Assembly (NCBI GenBank): GCA_039545335.1
Contig: BCIN01000004.1
Span: 1-64,000 of the forward strand
Direction: 5' to 3'
DNA length: 64,000 bases
Origin: Kondoa subrosea
Taxonomy: Eukaryota
Shown: positions 29,751-42,457 of the stretch, one piece after another
Position numbering within the stretch: position 1 is the stretch's first letter
Layout: the number at the start of each line of letters is the position of its first letter
The notes under the pieces: generated by a model
Database searches by the model: none
Seen by the model: only the letters and a program-made list of their open reading frames with translations
What the model was told of the DNA's origin: nothing
Position numbers and translations under genes: made by a program

Positions 29751-29990
29751 ATGCCTTCCGCTATTACTTGCACCGTCGACCCTAGAAANACTCCAGGTCC
29801 ACCAGGCGGTATTGGTACAGTCTGTGTCGTCTCTCGTAACACTCCAGGTCCACCAGGCGGTATTGGTACAGTCTGTGTCGTCTCTCGTAATACACCAGGG
29901 CCCCCAGGTGGCATTGGCACAGTTTGCGTCGTCTCTCGTAACACTCCAGGACCTCCGGGTGGCATTGGCACAGTCTGTGTGATTGCTTGA
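29751..29990 (+). CDS. Mating pheromone precursor with four tandem CAAX-type peptide units (RHA/rhodotorucine-like)
   Basis: MPSAITCTVDPR-[xTPGPPGGIGTVCVVSR]x3-NTPGPPGGIGTVCVIA*. Terminal CAAX (CVIA), internal CVVS-R, 51-bp repeat with synonymous differences in the peptide moiety, and STE3 in the same window. Confidence 0.9.
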   Translation: MPSAITCTVDPRXTPGPPGGIGTVCVVSRNTPGPPGGIGTVCVVSRNTPGPPGGIGTVCVVSRNTPGPPGGIGTVCVIA

Positions 29991-30272
29991 TTCGGCAAAA
30001 CCACGGTCAGCTCATCTGCAGTTGCAAATATTTCGAGGCTCACGCATGTCTGCTGCCGCAGCCAGTACAATAGGGTGATGGCGAACTACGGTGTTTCCGG
30101 TTTCGCACGGTTGTAATCGAGAATTTGTAGTAGTGCAATGTGTGAATGTAAATACTGATCTCGCGAGATCAATGTTTCCGCATCGAAGTATCATCCTTTG
30201 ACCCCCAGTCTTCGAAAATCTGTCCTTCCAAACTTCACGTTCCAAAGTTTACCTGATGCGCTCAGTCTATCC

Positions 30273-30980
30273 TCAAAACCACAGACTAACCGAAAAAGAT
30301 GGGTCGAGGCTTTGCATACCATGCCACCATAAAGGTGGCATGAGCAGCAGGTCCCCAGGCTGCAAGACCGTCTCTTGAGCTCCAGCCTCGCGCATACCGT
30401 AAGCTCTACGCTCGCGTCGTCGGAGAAGACGTCTATGTTCGAAGTATTACCGAAGACACTGGCATTTGGTGCATTCAATAAATCTCCCGATTCATTGTTT
30501 GCAGCTTTGTTGCGCATGTCCACTTCCGGCGGGGCTAGCCAGACCCGTTTGCGGCCAACTACTTGTGCTATTCCTTCAAAATGAGATCTCTACTGCCGGA
30601 CAGCGCATATCGGGAGAAATATACCGTAGGCATTATAGTACGGATCGGTATGCGCTGGACTAACGGTCCCTTTAGGCCCAAGCCATGCATTAACGGCAAC
30701 ACCTGTATTGGTCGCGGGCGAAACATAGACGGCGCTTTGAGGTCGAATGGTGAAGACGCAGTCCGGAATCAGCATATCCTTCATCAGCTGCGGAAATTGC
30801 AGAAAAAGATCGTGCTGGGCTAGGTATTGTACTTCTTGCTTGCTAGATGCAGAACCATTGCAAAGAGAAGATAAGGATTCGATGAAAGGCCTCATTTCTT
30901 GCGACCATCCGTCCTTTGTGTAATCGCGACCAATTTCGACCGGTACCATTCGATCTGGACCAGCTGCACGCGAGAGTAGG
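30273..30980 (-). pseudogene. JMJD5/KDM8-like JmjC oxygenase, 3' part only, cut off by the adjacent retroelement
   Basis: LLSRAAGPDRMVPVEIG, YLAQHDLF, NAWLGPKGTVSPAHTDPY and DLLLMPPLWWHGMQSL..SFSVSLWF*. The frame runs into retroelement sequence at about 30985. Confidence 0.7.
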
Positions 30981-30984
30981 CAAG

Positions 30985-32228
30985 ATACCTCCCCCTTCCA
31001 GGCTCCGGCCAGTGTGCAACACCTCCCCGGGCGTGCGAGTTGCCTAGTGGGGGAAACACATGCTTAGGGAGGGGGTTAAAGAGATTATATTCCTGTCTAC
31101 AACGACCTTTCTACTGACACATAACTGAACCCAAATACTTGATACTTGATCCCATACTTCCGATGCTTTTCTCCGATACTGATACTGATACTGAATCCAT
31201 GCTTTCCTGACTGTTCTCTGTCTACTCTTGAGATATCCATCACTTGTCTTCTTCTGCTCAGCGTTTGCTTCTTTTGACCTTCTTCATATGCCTTTCAATT
31301 GAGCCTCCCAATCTCGCAATGCCACCAAGACCTTCCGCCCAGCGTCTTCATCTTTCCCATTTGCTAGATTTCTATCTACCCATGTCTTTACTCTGAAATC
31401 CTTCAAATCCTCGGTGTACTGGTAAGAAGGGAACTTGATTTCTATTCTAGTGAAGTGAACCAAGCAAATAGCATGATACTGATGAAATTGACGACCACAG
31501 ACGCAGGTGAGCCGGTTACAGAACTTCATTCCACGCCATTTGAGAGCTCGGTCTCTGTCGAATCGATCTGGTATTCTGAAGACGAGATCGGACAGATCAG
31601 GTCCTCGAGATTCGGGGTGAACAGCTTTGCCCATATCGCGCGTCTTCGTCTCTAGATACTGCAGTCTTTTCATTTTAAGGAAGAATTTGAGCTTAGCTTT
31701 AATTTCTTCCACTCCATCTTCCGCACAATCTTCCTCGAATCGGTGGTACAGCTCGAACCCAATCAAGTTATTGATGAGAATAGATTCCGTTTGATTGGAC
31801 GTCATATCTAGGTACATCAAGGCAGGATTAGTAGAGTCCAACCGATTCAGATGAAAAGCGAGAGAGCAAGCCATATGCTCCAATCGCACGAATGGCGGAA
31901 TGAGGCCAGTCATGGATTCGGATAGAAGCCATCGCTTGTCGGACTGATGGGCGATCCAGGTCACTGCTTTTCGATGAAGTTCAATGTATCGATTCATCAC
32001 TTGCGATGATTTGCGTTTTGGTACTTCTTGTAGCCGATGATGCAGGAACCCGCTGCCATAATCGATGAGCGAGCCACAGAATGAACGATATATGGTGAGG
32101 CGAATTCGAGGCGACCATGTTCCTCCTTTCGCACAAAGAAATCGAAAAACTCTTTCCATCTTCGACAGGGGAACAGAAGCGGAGAACTCTGACCGGAAGC
32201 TGAGTGTCCATAATTGGAGCGTTTTCAC
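30985..32228 (-). mobile_element. 5'-truncated non-LTR (LINE-like) retrotransposon: post-RT region, Cys/His motif and 3' UTR
   Basis: Intronless 314-aa ORF (31284-32228) with LTIYRSF..SLIDYG, HRKAVTWI, TGLIPPFVR and CVCGRQFHQYHAIC. No YADD RT core is present. The UTR has low-complexity GATACT repeats at about 31135-31195. Confidence 0.75.
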
Positions 32229-33729
32229 TACTGAGAGCTAGATGCATGCTCAGCGGACGTATGATTTTGTCTATTGCTGGAAAGTGATTGCTTGATAGAG
32301 TCACCCGCAAGACATAGCCTTCGCCGCTAACAGCCGAATCGGTATGAATGCCTTGCTGTACTATAAGGAACCAAGCAGAACCTTGCGTCCGCGGAAAGAA
32401 AAGAGAAGTGGATGATGCGCTGGCAAGCAAGCAAATCAGATTGACTTTGTTGAGCGACCATTTGGGAGAGTATCGTGCGAGAGCAAATAGACTCGCGAAG
32501 TGCAGGCAAGTCCAAAGAGACGGGTCCTGGAGAGCAGCAAGATGTATAGCAGTGGAATTGACGGTGGCTGTTCAATCTTAACAAGATTCTTATTAGCCTG
32601 TGCGTCTGTGTTCACCTGTGTTGCTCAATTACCAGCATGGGAGTAGGGGTATAGCTGTCAAACTTCGTATACAACTTTTGCTGGACCTCAAGTCAAACAA
32701 ATCGACTCTTTGTTCCACTTTCGAGTTCCTATTCGTTTAGTCAATCGTGGCTGTGGAGCTTTGCGGGCGCGGAAAGCTATCATACCTCGTCCTTCTGAGC
32801 CCGAAAATTCACGCGCTACTAAGCAAATGCTGCCGCGGTTTCCAGTTTGCGTAACGCGATACCGCATTGGAAATGCCAAATCGTCCAGCATTCCGAGCTT
32901 CTGCTCTTTTGAGCGAAACAGCTGCTCAAGGCTGGGCGGCAGAGCTGTTCTCGTTCAAGACTCGGTATAAAAAAATACACAGCAAAGCCAGCATGTCGAA
33001 ATTGGCGCCGAAAGGCGGAACTCTCTCGGCTGCAGTAAGTTGTCCGAAACAAGGTCTTCAAGCCAAAAGGAACTTGAGCAGTATTCGATATTAATCAATC
33101 AGGAGTCTTGTAATGAGGAATAATTGGCCACATCTATAGCGTGGAAGGAAACGAGAAGTGAGCTGATTTGTATGGAGAAGCTTTGCAACAGAGTCATGAT
33201 GAGATAAAGCAGGGGAACGGACCTTGCTAAACGATTTACAATTAGCATAGGAATATTGGGAATCTACACGCTCAAGCAAAGTGGCACATGTTCAAATATA
33301 CGATTTCGACAAATCAGGCAACAAATTGCTCGAAGTAACGATAAGAAGGTTGCGAGAAGATGTTGGGCTCTGTCGCTTCACTTTTGCCAGATCTGTGTTC
33401 AACTGTATCAGATACATTTTCTCCGGGTTGTCACTCACGGTACATGTCGGTCGGTGTCTTTGAAGGGCTACTTCCCCTTGGCCGTAGAATGTACGATTGC
33501 TGGGCACTTGTAAAATATGTAGGCTCTGCCTTGGTATCTTGTTTCGTCCCTTTATTACCATGCCTGTGTTTCCGATGCGTACTATTCACTGGAAGGATGG
33601 TAGAGCTGACAATTTCTCTGCACCTATCAGATCTCTTTTGATGAATTACAGAACTTAACTTAAGGTTACCTTTGTAATTCACTTAAAAAATGTCACTTGA
33701 GGGGAAGCCTTTCTCTCCTACCATCCTGC

Positions 33730-34356
33730 ATGGCTCGCTTTGTGGAATACCAAATCATCGGGCGCAAGCTTCCGTCCGAGAACGATGAACAGCCAAAGCT
33801 CTATAGAATGCGGATTTTTGCACCAAACGAAGTGGTAGCCAAATCCAGATTCTGGTATTTCTTGCGCAAGCTACGTAAAGTGAAGAAGGCGGCTGGTGAA
33901 TTGGTTGCTATCAATGTGGTACGTATGCTGACTGCGAGGTTCGAGTGGCCTTGCTGACCCATTTGCGCTCAGATTTCTGAAAAGAAGCCATTGAAGGTCA
34001 AGAACTTCGGCGTTTGGCTCAGATACGACTCTCGTTCGGGCACGCACAACATGTACAAAGAATACAGAGAACTTTCGAGGGTAGAGGCTGTACATGCTTG
34101 CTATCAAGACATGGCAGCTAGACATCGTGCTCGGTTCCGTTCAATCCACGTTAGTTCCTCAACCAAATGTCGGCATAGGCTAATGTTTTGTTTTCAAATA
34201 CAGATCTTACGAGTGGCAGAAATCCAGAAAACTGCCGACGTCCGTCGCTCAAACATTAAGCAGCTGTTGACACCCGGACTACGTTTCCCTCTGCCACATC
34301 GCGTCATCAAGTCACGCTCAAAATTCTTGGCCAGTCGACCATCCACCTTCTATTAG
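33730..34356 (+). CDS. RPL20: 60S ribosomal protein eL20 (L18ae/L20)
   Basis: [42 protein letters not shown] and C-terminal RPSTFY*. Two introns. Confidence 0.96.
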
Positions 34357-34990
34357 TTGCGCAGATTGCTGCAAGTTGACATGAATGATTAGGAGATGAT
34401 AGACGCATGTAAGATTGCATAGACACTGCGTAGCGTTCCATCCAGCTCGATATCTTGTAGTAGAGCCATTGCGATCGGCGGTATTAAAGGACCTCGTTGA
34501 TCGCCTATCGTGCATCTCTTTCGTAAAGATTTACCTTTCTGTGTTTGCAGTTTCAGACACGTTCTCATTCTGTCCCATATCTCAGTCTCTTGCGTCTATA
34601 TTACACTTTTCTGACAAGGTTCCGAGTCCAATTGTGTGCGCAGCAACAGTTTTCTTTCTCTTGCCTCGCATCTTTATCAATTTTGTCAGCACCTGCCAGT
34701 GATGGTGTTGCAGGTACGCTGGAGAGTCTTTGCAAAGTCGTGCAATGATTAACTGGGCTTCAGAGCTACCACAAACGCCTAGCATCAAAAAAACATCAGG
34801 AGCGACAAAACTCGGTAGGGGTTTCCAAGGAAGCTCCCCATTGCGCAAGCGGTCAGGCTTCGAAGGCTGTAACGTCTCATCCTGCCAATTGTCATGAGAG
34901 CGAGAGCACCACTCGACACCCAAACCTGCCAGCGGATCAAGGTATTTAAGGGTATGCTTCGCTTCAGTACACGCTGCTAAATCTGCCTCC

Positions 34991-34994
<4 letters not shown>

Positions 34995-35050
<56 letters not shown>

Positions 35051-35070
35051 CGTGTGTGTCTGTGTGTATG
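34995..35070. repeat. Compound (TC)n(TG)n microsatellite
   Basis: About 21 TC units followed by an imperfect TG run. Confidence 0.95.
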
Positions 35071-35679
35071 TGGAAAAGAGGCTTTGTCGGATGCTAGTCC
35101 GGGAACGCTGGAAGAGGAAGATATTCAATTGGCTGGCTTCACTGAAAGGTGTAAACGCTTGTTCCAGGATGGCGCTCATTCGCAGCTGCACCCCATTTGT
35201 ACTGACGGCTACAGTCTCAAGCGGTCAAATGATCTATATATTTGCTGCGACGAGTATGAGCGAGATTCTTCCGCCGGACAAATAGGCAATGGTATGTCAG
35301 CATCTCTGCAGTCGCATGGTACGTGGCTTATGTCTTTTAGTCATACAAAATCAGCAAAAGCTACCGTCTGGTCTGAGCATTCCGCCGGTTGAATCGTTAA
35401 TTTTCCAACAACCTGAAAATGACAGTTCAGGCATTGCGGACCACGGTAGGTTGGCCCAAAGCACTGGCTCCTTTCGTCATCACTGAATGCCTCTGAACTC
35501 AGGGCAAGAACAGAGAGCAAAGTGTCCCGGTGAAGCATTTCTGGATGAGCTATTGTTGTAGAGTCTTCCGCAGATGACGCATTGTCTTAAAGCTCTTCAG
35601 AACATGTAGCTTTTGCCATTAGAAGATCTCTCTCTACATTGTAAGATCTCAATTCGAAGTACGCTTGGAGCGGTTCGCG

Positions 35680-36411
35680 ATGTTCGCCGATATACGAAGT
35701 TTTGGTCAGAACCAAACCTTGCCCTTTCCTGCTCGACCAGCGGAACCTCGCTCAATGGGATTGCCTCGAATCATAAAGCTCGCGTGGCAGACCAGCCATA
35801 CATCCCGTGCGCCAGTGTCATTCGAACATGTCAAGCAAGCATCTTACACGACACAGTCTAACTTGCTTCCGATCAAAGCCGGCCTGTCATACTCGCATGT
35901 GCGTTTGGTGGATCCAGTTACTGGTCGCTTGGACTCGCCACGGAGGCTAACGAATATACTCGCTGAGTTGGACTGCACGAAATCTTCACTGGTGGTCGTC
36001 AACCCGCTGCACGATCCACCTATCTGTAAAATCGTGGATAAGGCGGCAGAATTACAGAACGGGATACGCGCGAGGGCAAATTTTCAACGTAGTCAAAAAA
36101 ACAATGTTGTCAAAGAGATACATCTCACCTGGTCTGTCACGGCGCATGACCTTCGACACAAGCTTAAAGCTGCAGAAGACGTTATCGCGAAGGGTGGTAG
36201 GGTGAAAGTGCAATTCTCGGCGAAGCGGGACAGTAGTACAGAAAACACCTCACAACATCAGAAAGAGCAAATCATAGGTAGCGTTAAACAACACCTGAAA
36301 TCGCGGGCTCAAGAGTTGAAGGCGAAAAGCATCGAATGGAAGAAGGCAGAATGGAGGGAAGCCAAGGCGAACTTGTACATGCAATTCTCACCAATCACTG
36401 CGCCTGTTTAG
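35680..36411 (+). CDS. Mitochondrial translation initiation factor IF-3
   Basis: VRLVDP, PPICKIVDK and KEIHLTW.VTAHDLRHKLKAA..KGGRVKV, with a basic N-terminal extension. Confidence 0.8.
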   Translation: MFADIRSFGQNQTLPFPARPAEPRSMGLPRIIKLAWQTSHTSRAPVSFEHVKQASYTTQSNLLPIKAGLSYSHVRLVDPVTGRLDSPRRLTNILAELDCTKSSLVVVNPLHDPPICKIVDKAAELQNGIRARANFQRSQKNNVVKEIHLTWSVTAHDLRHKLKAAEDVIAKGGRVKVQFSAKRDSSTENTSQHQKEQIIGSVKQHLKSRAQELKAKSIEWKKAEWREAKANLYMQFSPITAPV

Positions 36412-36417
36412 ACTTAG

Positions 36418-37899
36418 CTAGACTGTCATGATATTCCCAGGGGCATTCTAGCGATCATCGTTATCAGCATTGACCGACGCCTTTGCCCGAATCAACGACT
36501 CTAGAATGCCAAGTAGATAATCCAGTCTCTAGGGTCTTGATTTGTGCGTTGTCCAAAACTCGGGGTTGCACCCATTCAACATAAACCATGTTGTCTGGCT
36601 GATCAATACAGCCACCTATGAGCTTCAATCTAAGCGCGAAGTACTCAATAGATATTAGAGCAGTGAATGTATGAAGAATGCTTACGATAAAGCCCTCATG
36701 ATTAGATGTTCAACTTCGACGGTGGGAAGTTGTGTTTCTTGAGCAATAGAAGTGAATGGGAGCTTGCGCACACCTGCTGCGCGCTTGAAGACAGCTTCAA
36801 TTAGAGCCATTAGGCAGATCTTTTCCCGTAGGAAAGCGATGTTGTCTTCAAGAAGAGGCTATCTCGGTGTCAACTCGGTTAGTAAAAGCAGATGTCGGTA
36901 GGCGAAGCTTACCTCGCGCGGCAAATCGGTAATCATGGCCTCAAATTTACCAATAGCACCAGCATTAAAAGCTAGCACCAATTTTCTGACCCAATCATGC
37001 TCAGAAGTCTTCAAGGCGTCAAGTATAGGATGTAAAAGCTTTGCCTAAATTCAGCCTCGCCCGGCGATCCAACATAAATGGCGCACCAGTTCTCCGAAAT
37101 TGTAAGTAGTACCACTTAGCAAAGCAGCCAGAGCTAGGTCGCGAGCACGCGAGGAACGTTGCTCAGGTTCGAGATCCACATTCAGATCAATGCATGCGAG
37201 AAACATGAGCGAATGCTTGTAGTAATTGCCATAATCCGCTTTCGCCTATGGCATTGCGAATATCCGTAATCAATAATTGTTTTTGTGAAATGTATGAACT
37301 TACCTTGTAGTAGTCGCCAGATACTCGATAGAACGAAGCATTCACCGATGCCTCAACTCGGTCTAGTTCAGCTAGAACGCTGGCACATTTCGTCATCGCG
37401 GCAAAGGTCTCCTCAACGCGGCCCGACAGGAGCCTTCGATGGGCAGCCTCCATGGTCACCACCACAAAAGCATCCTGTGACTGCGGTTTGTCGAGCCTTT
37501 CAACAATACTGTCGAGAAATCGAATGGCTTGATTTGGCTCTAGAAACAAACTTTCAGTGCGCTATGACGGCTGTAGGGCCAAATTTACCTGTATATTGCG
37601 TTGATACTGCAGTACCTATGTGCGCCAAGTCCAAGGGCGCCAGATTAGCGGCAAAGCCAGTGATGAATTCAGTGTAGAGGTCAATCAGAAGCGGCGCCGC
37701 GGAAGGATTTGAAGTGATAGAAAGTAGCTGTCTTGATAGCTGATGCCAGAGTCTACGGAAGGAACGGATGTGTAAGTGTTCCGTAAAACGAAGATAGCCA
37801 ACCGCTTGACCTTTTGTCGTGAAGAGGCTGCAATTGTGCCAGCGAATAGCTCAGCAGGGAGTCCGTAGTGCTCAGCTGTAGCGTTCTGATGTTCATCAT
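36418..37899 (-). CDS. RPN9: 26S proteasome lid subunit Rpn9 (PSMD13), spliced
   Basis: LWHQLS, NASFYRVSGDYYK, YNFGEL, EKICLMALIEAVF, VEHLIMRALS and WVQPRVLD. The last exon is approximate. Confidence 0.9.
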
Positions 37900-40800
37900 G
37901 GAACAGACAGTCTGTTTCTTCCGAACTAGCAGGAGTGACAGTTTGAAATCAAGCACGGTCTAATTATACCGGCTTCAGATTGTACGCAGGCAGCCGATAC
38001 AGCATGAGATTTGATAGACATTGCAACCTCGCTTCACATTATAGCATTTTAAATTGAGGCTTGCTCAATTACACATACTATACTGTAATGCGCTTCTTCT
38101 ACATTCGCGCCGCACTCACTCTCTTCCCGTTCGAGCACACGGCTTACAGTCTTCTCCACCCAGACCGTTGCGTGTCCAACAAAAGAGGTACAAATCAATC
38201 AAGAAATGACTATAGCATTGCTTCGCCAAATTGTTTATGAGCATGCAGTGAGAGACATCCAGCAAGCAGTAGCCAGGTCAGATGGCCAGAAGCAAGAGAG
38301 CTACATTGCTTCAGGGCCGTACCCATCGGCTAACGCAAATTCAGCTGCCAATTAGGGGAGCAAGAAGACCTCAAAACCATCCATCGTCGCGCACTGACAC
38401 ACATTTACCTGAATGGCAGCTATTCAAAATAAGAGGAGGTGCGTGCAAGTACACATAAACCACAGTTCTGTAATAGTCGGAGGATTTGATCCGTAGACCT
38501 GTGCTCGCAATCCATGCATCGGACAATGCCACACATGTGCCCAAAAGGTGAAGATGAGCCTCCGCCTCCTGCTGGTAGCCGTAAGATGACGGTCGATCGG
38601 CGAGTAAGACTAATTCAGCTCTTCATATATTATCGCACAGATGCACGATTTGACTGAAGTCGGGAAGAGGTGTTCAGCAAGGTGCTATGCTGCCAAAGTA
38701 ATCGGCAGGCGTGTTCACGGATGATGCCCTTGAAGCGTTTATGGGAAGCCAGTGCAAACCACGCAAGTCGTCCAAAGAAGTGCATTACTCGAATAGAAAG
38801 TCCCAGCTCATACACAGATCACACATCGTCGGTCCTTGCCGAATACTTACGCGCTGCTACATCAAACCATTTTGAAAACAGCAAGCGCCAATCCCAATGC
38901 ATCTTAATGGCGCGCATAAATCTTGATATAGCGCATTGGGAACAGGTGGCTACGGATATCTTGACGGATTTATTTGTCATCACAGCCTCGAGTCCTCAAT
39001 TCCGCCAATTGGGTCATACGCAGATTCAACATTGCAAATACAGATATTGCCTTGAGCAGATGACAGCGCTATGTAGATGTGCGAGAGCAGACTTTGCGTC
39101 CATCAACGAAGAAGATTCGCTCGAGCTGCACATGACTATAGCAAACATTTCGATTAGATCAGTCGATGACCATTAAGGCTTGCTGAGCCTTGCTTGACAT
39201 GATGACATTTTCGGGATATTGACAGTGTCTGCTTCACTTGTCCGATCATTTGATACCCAGGGAGCTTTAACAGGGGCAACGAACAGAGTACTCTGACGCA
39301 TCCATCTTGACCAAAAATGCGAAGAAGAAGGAAGGACTGCTAGCTTCGCCAATCTCTATGGCATGACAATCTTGAGTGGATGAGCTGATTGCAAGTGCAT
39401 TAGTTTTGCGTGGTCTATCGGCTGCATTCTAAGAAAGCGCAGCTCTTATAATGAGCTTCATGCTGCGAGCGCTTGCACTACGGAAGCTTCTATTAACGGG
39501 ATGGACGTTCGCAAATATTTGACTGACTTCTTTAGGCCCTGTACGGCGATCCCTGCGCAGCCTCATCTTCTTAAAGAAGCAGGATGACATTCTTGCTTTG
39601 AGGTAAATAACTCAATAGCCCGCTTACGTGCTCTTTCTCCGCCAAAACTTGCTTGCGCAGCAGTTCTGTAAGGTTGTTGTTCTGGAAAGTTCCAGCATGT
39701 GAAGTCACTGCGGCAGTCCCGCGTCGGCGTGAGCCAGAAGCATGACTATAATGACTGGTTAGGCGAACCTTTGGCCAACCCGCAAAGCGGTCTTTAGGCA
39801 AGGCATAGTATCGACAGACTGGCAAGGACAGTGAGTAGCTACCGTTTATTGCAAGCTTGAAGAGAGGAACTCGAGGCGGCAGAAGGATTCCTCAAATCTT
39901 CAGAGCAGCACACAGACTAAGAGACCTTAATAGAGACCTGTATGAACAGATCGCTAGACCCGCGGCCGGCTAAAGCGTAATAGTGATCGCCAGCAGGAGC
40001 GGAACTGGCCCGCGCTCCTGGCAGATAAGCGCAGAGCCAAATGGACTGAAATTTGAAAGAGGAGTTATCTGGAAAGGAGGAAACAGAAGCGACCAATGCA
40101 GTCACGCAGAATGTGGATGCGAGCAGCTGATCGTTGTCTAAAGTTAACGACGCGAGTACGAAGCACAGTAGCCAAGCTTACTTAATCAGCATAGCCGGTA
40201 TTACCGAACTTCGAAATTACTTTCATCTCATCTCATGAAGACACAACGGTAGCTGCGGACTGGAGAGCAAGCTATATCGATAGCCCAGAATCATAGCTCT
40301 GATACGCAACCGCTCGCAAGCTCTGAAGCCACCTGGCAGGGGTCAAACACGGCTCGAAATTTGGAGCTGTCGAGTGCTCGTTAGTATATTTAGAAGAACT
40401 CTTCCACTACAAAGATTGGTTGTGGTGGCGATGCGACGATGCCACGATGCCACGATTTATCCTTGTCAGCTGCAGCGTGAGATCTGTCCTTTTGAGGGTG
40501 AACAGCTACAGTACTATCTGGCATGGCCTCGCAAACTTAGGTGTAGCTGTAGTTAGATCGGAGATCAGCGAGCTGCATGGGAAGACTTGGCGTGGCACAA
40601 AGGAGAATCTCGCTAGTCATTCAACTTGTGATCTGAAAGACCAGTTGCGTAATCCCAATACTATCTCCACTAGTCTATCGCTTTGATATGGATTATGTAG
40701 TGATGAACATTCATTCTCCAAATGTAGACAGTACATAATTTACTAGATATTGGAATTGCTCCATAAGAACAGCATGCAGACCAAATTTGCAACAGATTAT

Positions 40801-41078
40801 AATATCCAGACCGCACAATAAGTGGCAGTTTGTAACTGCTTAGTTTTCATGTCTGACTCGGACCCGCTGCTGTACACATGCGCCCTTACTCGAAAGGAAC
40901 ATCGCGCCAGTGCGATTTGCGTGGTGCTTTAGCCCTGGCTTGAGTCTTTACCACTACTACATCTCTTCTCCCCCTTGCCCATTACAAAGTTTCTTAATCT
41001 TAATCAAGAGTCTACGTTGCACTGGCGGAGGATACTGATTCCGCAAGCAATCCCGATGTCTGCATCGCTTGGTTGGAT

Positions 41079-42147
<1,069 letters not shown>

Positions 42148-42457
42148 GCTTCTCCGTTTCTCGAGACTCAGGTCGATCCAAGCTCGTTGCAAAAGAAGCC
42201 CGAAATTGCATTGGTAACAAAATCGGGGCAAGTAGACGCAGGCTTTTTCAGGCTACCCCTCCTGCAAAACGAGTTTTATGAATGCGTAAAATTAATTCGA
42301 TGCAGACCTCATCAGGACGGCTCGTCTAGAGTACTTTAAACCCTGCTCTTGCGTACTGCTTGCCATTTGCCCGACTAAGCTCGCTGTCATTGCCCTTTAG
42401 GCCTCTTCGCGTGTTCCTTAGAGTGCTTTGTTGCAACTGTAGCGCTAGCTGAGCCCG

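Noticed and set aside
29787..29990. 51-bp tandem repeat read as a CRISPR array or collagen-like gene
   Set aside because: There are no unique spacers or cas genes, the context is eukaryotic, and Gly-X-Y periodicity is not sustained.
29708..30070. Minus-strand 120-aa ORF with ETTQTVP(M/I)PPGGPGVLR repeats
   Set aside because: Antisense shadow of the pheromone gene. It starts at a non-ATG codon and has an M/I change between units, while the + frame has an ATG, a TATA element and a terminal CAAX.
25898..30980. SET2 and the JMJD5-like gene flanking the pheromone gene as an H3K36 writer/eraser module
   Set aside because: JMJD5 demethylase activity is disputed, this copy is truncated, and adjacency alone is not evidence.
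34964..35392. ORFs with RERERE or CVCVCV runs and a WKRKIFNWL stretch resembling a homeodomain helix
   Set aside because: The runs are microsatellite translations and there is no WFxNxR motif, so no HD mating gene is supported.
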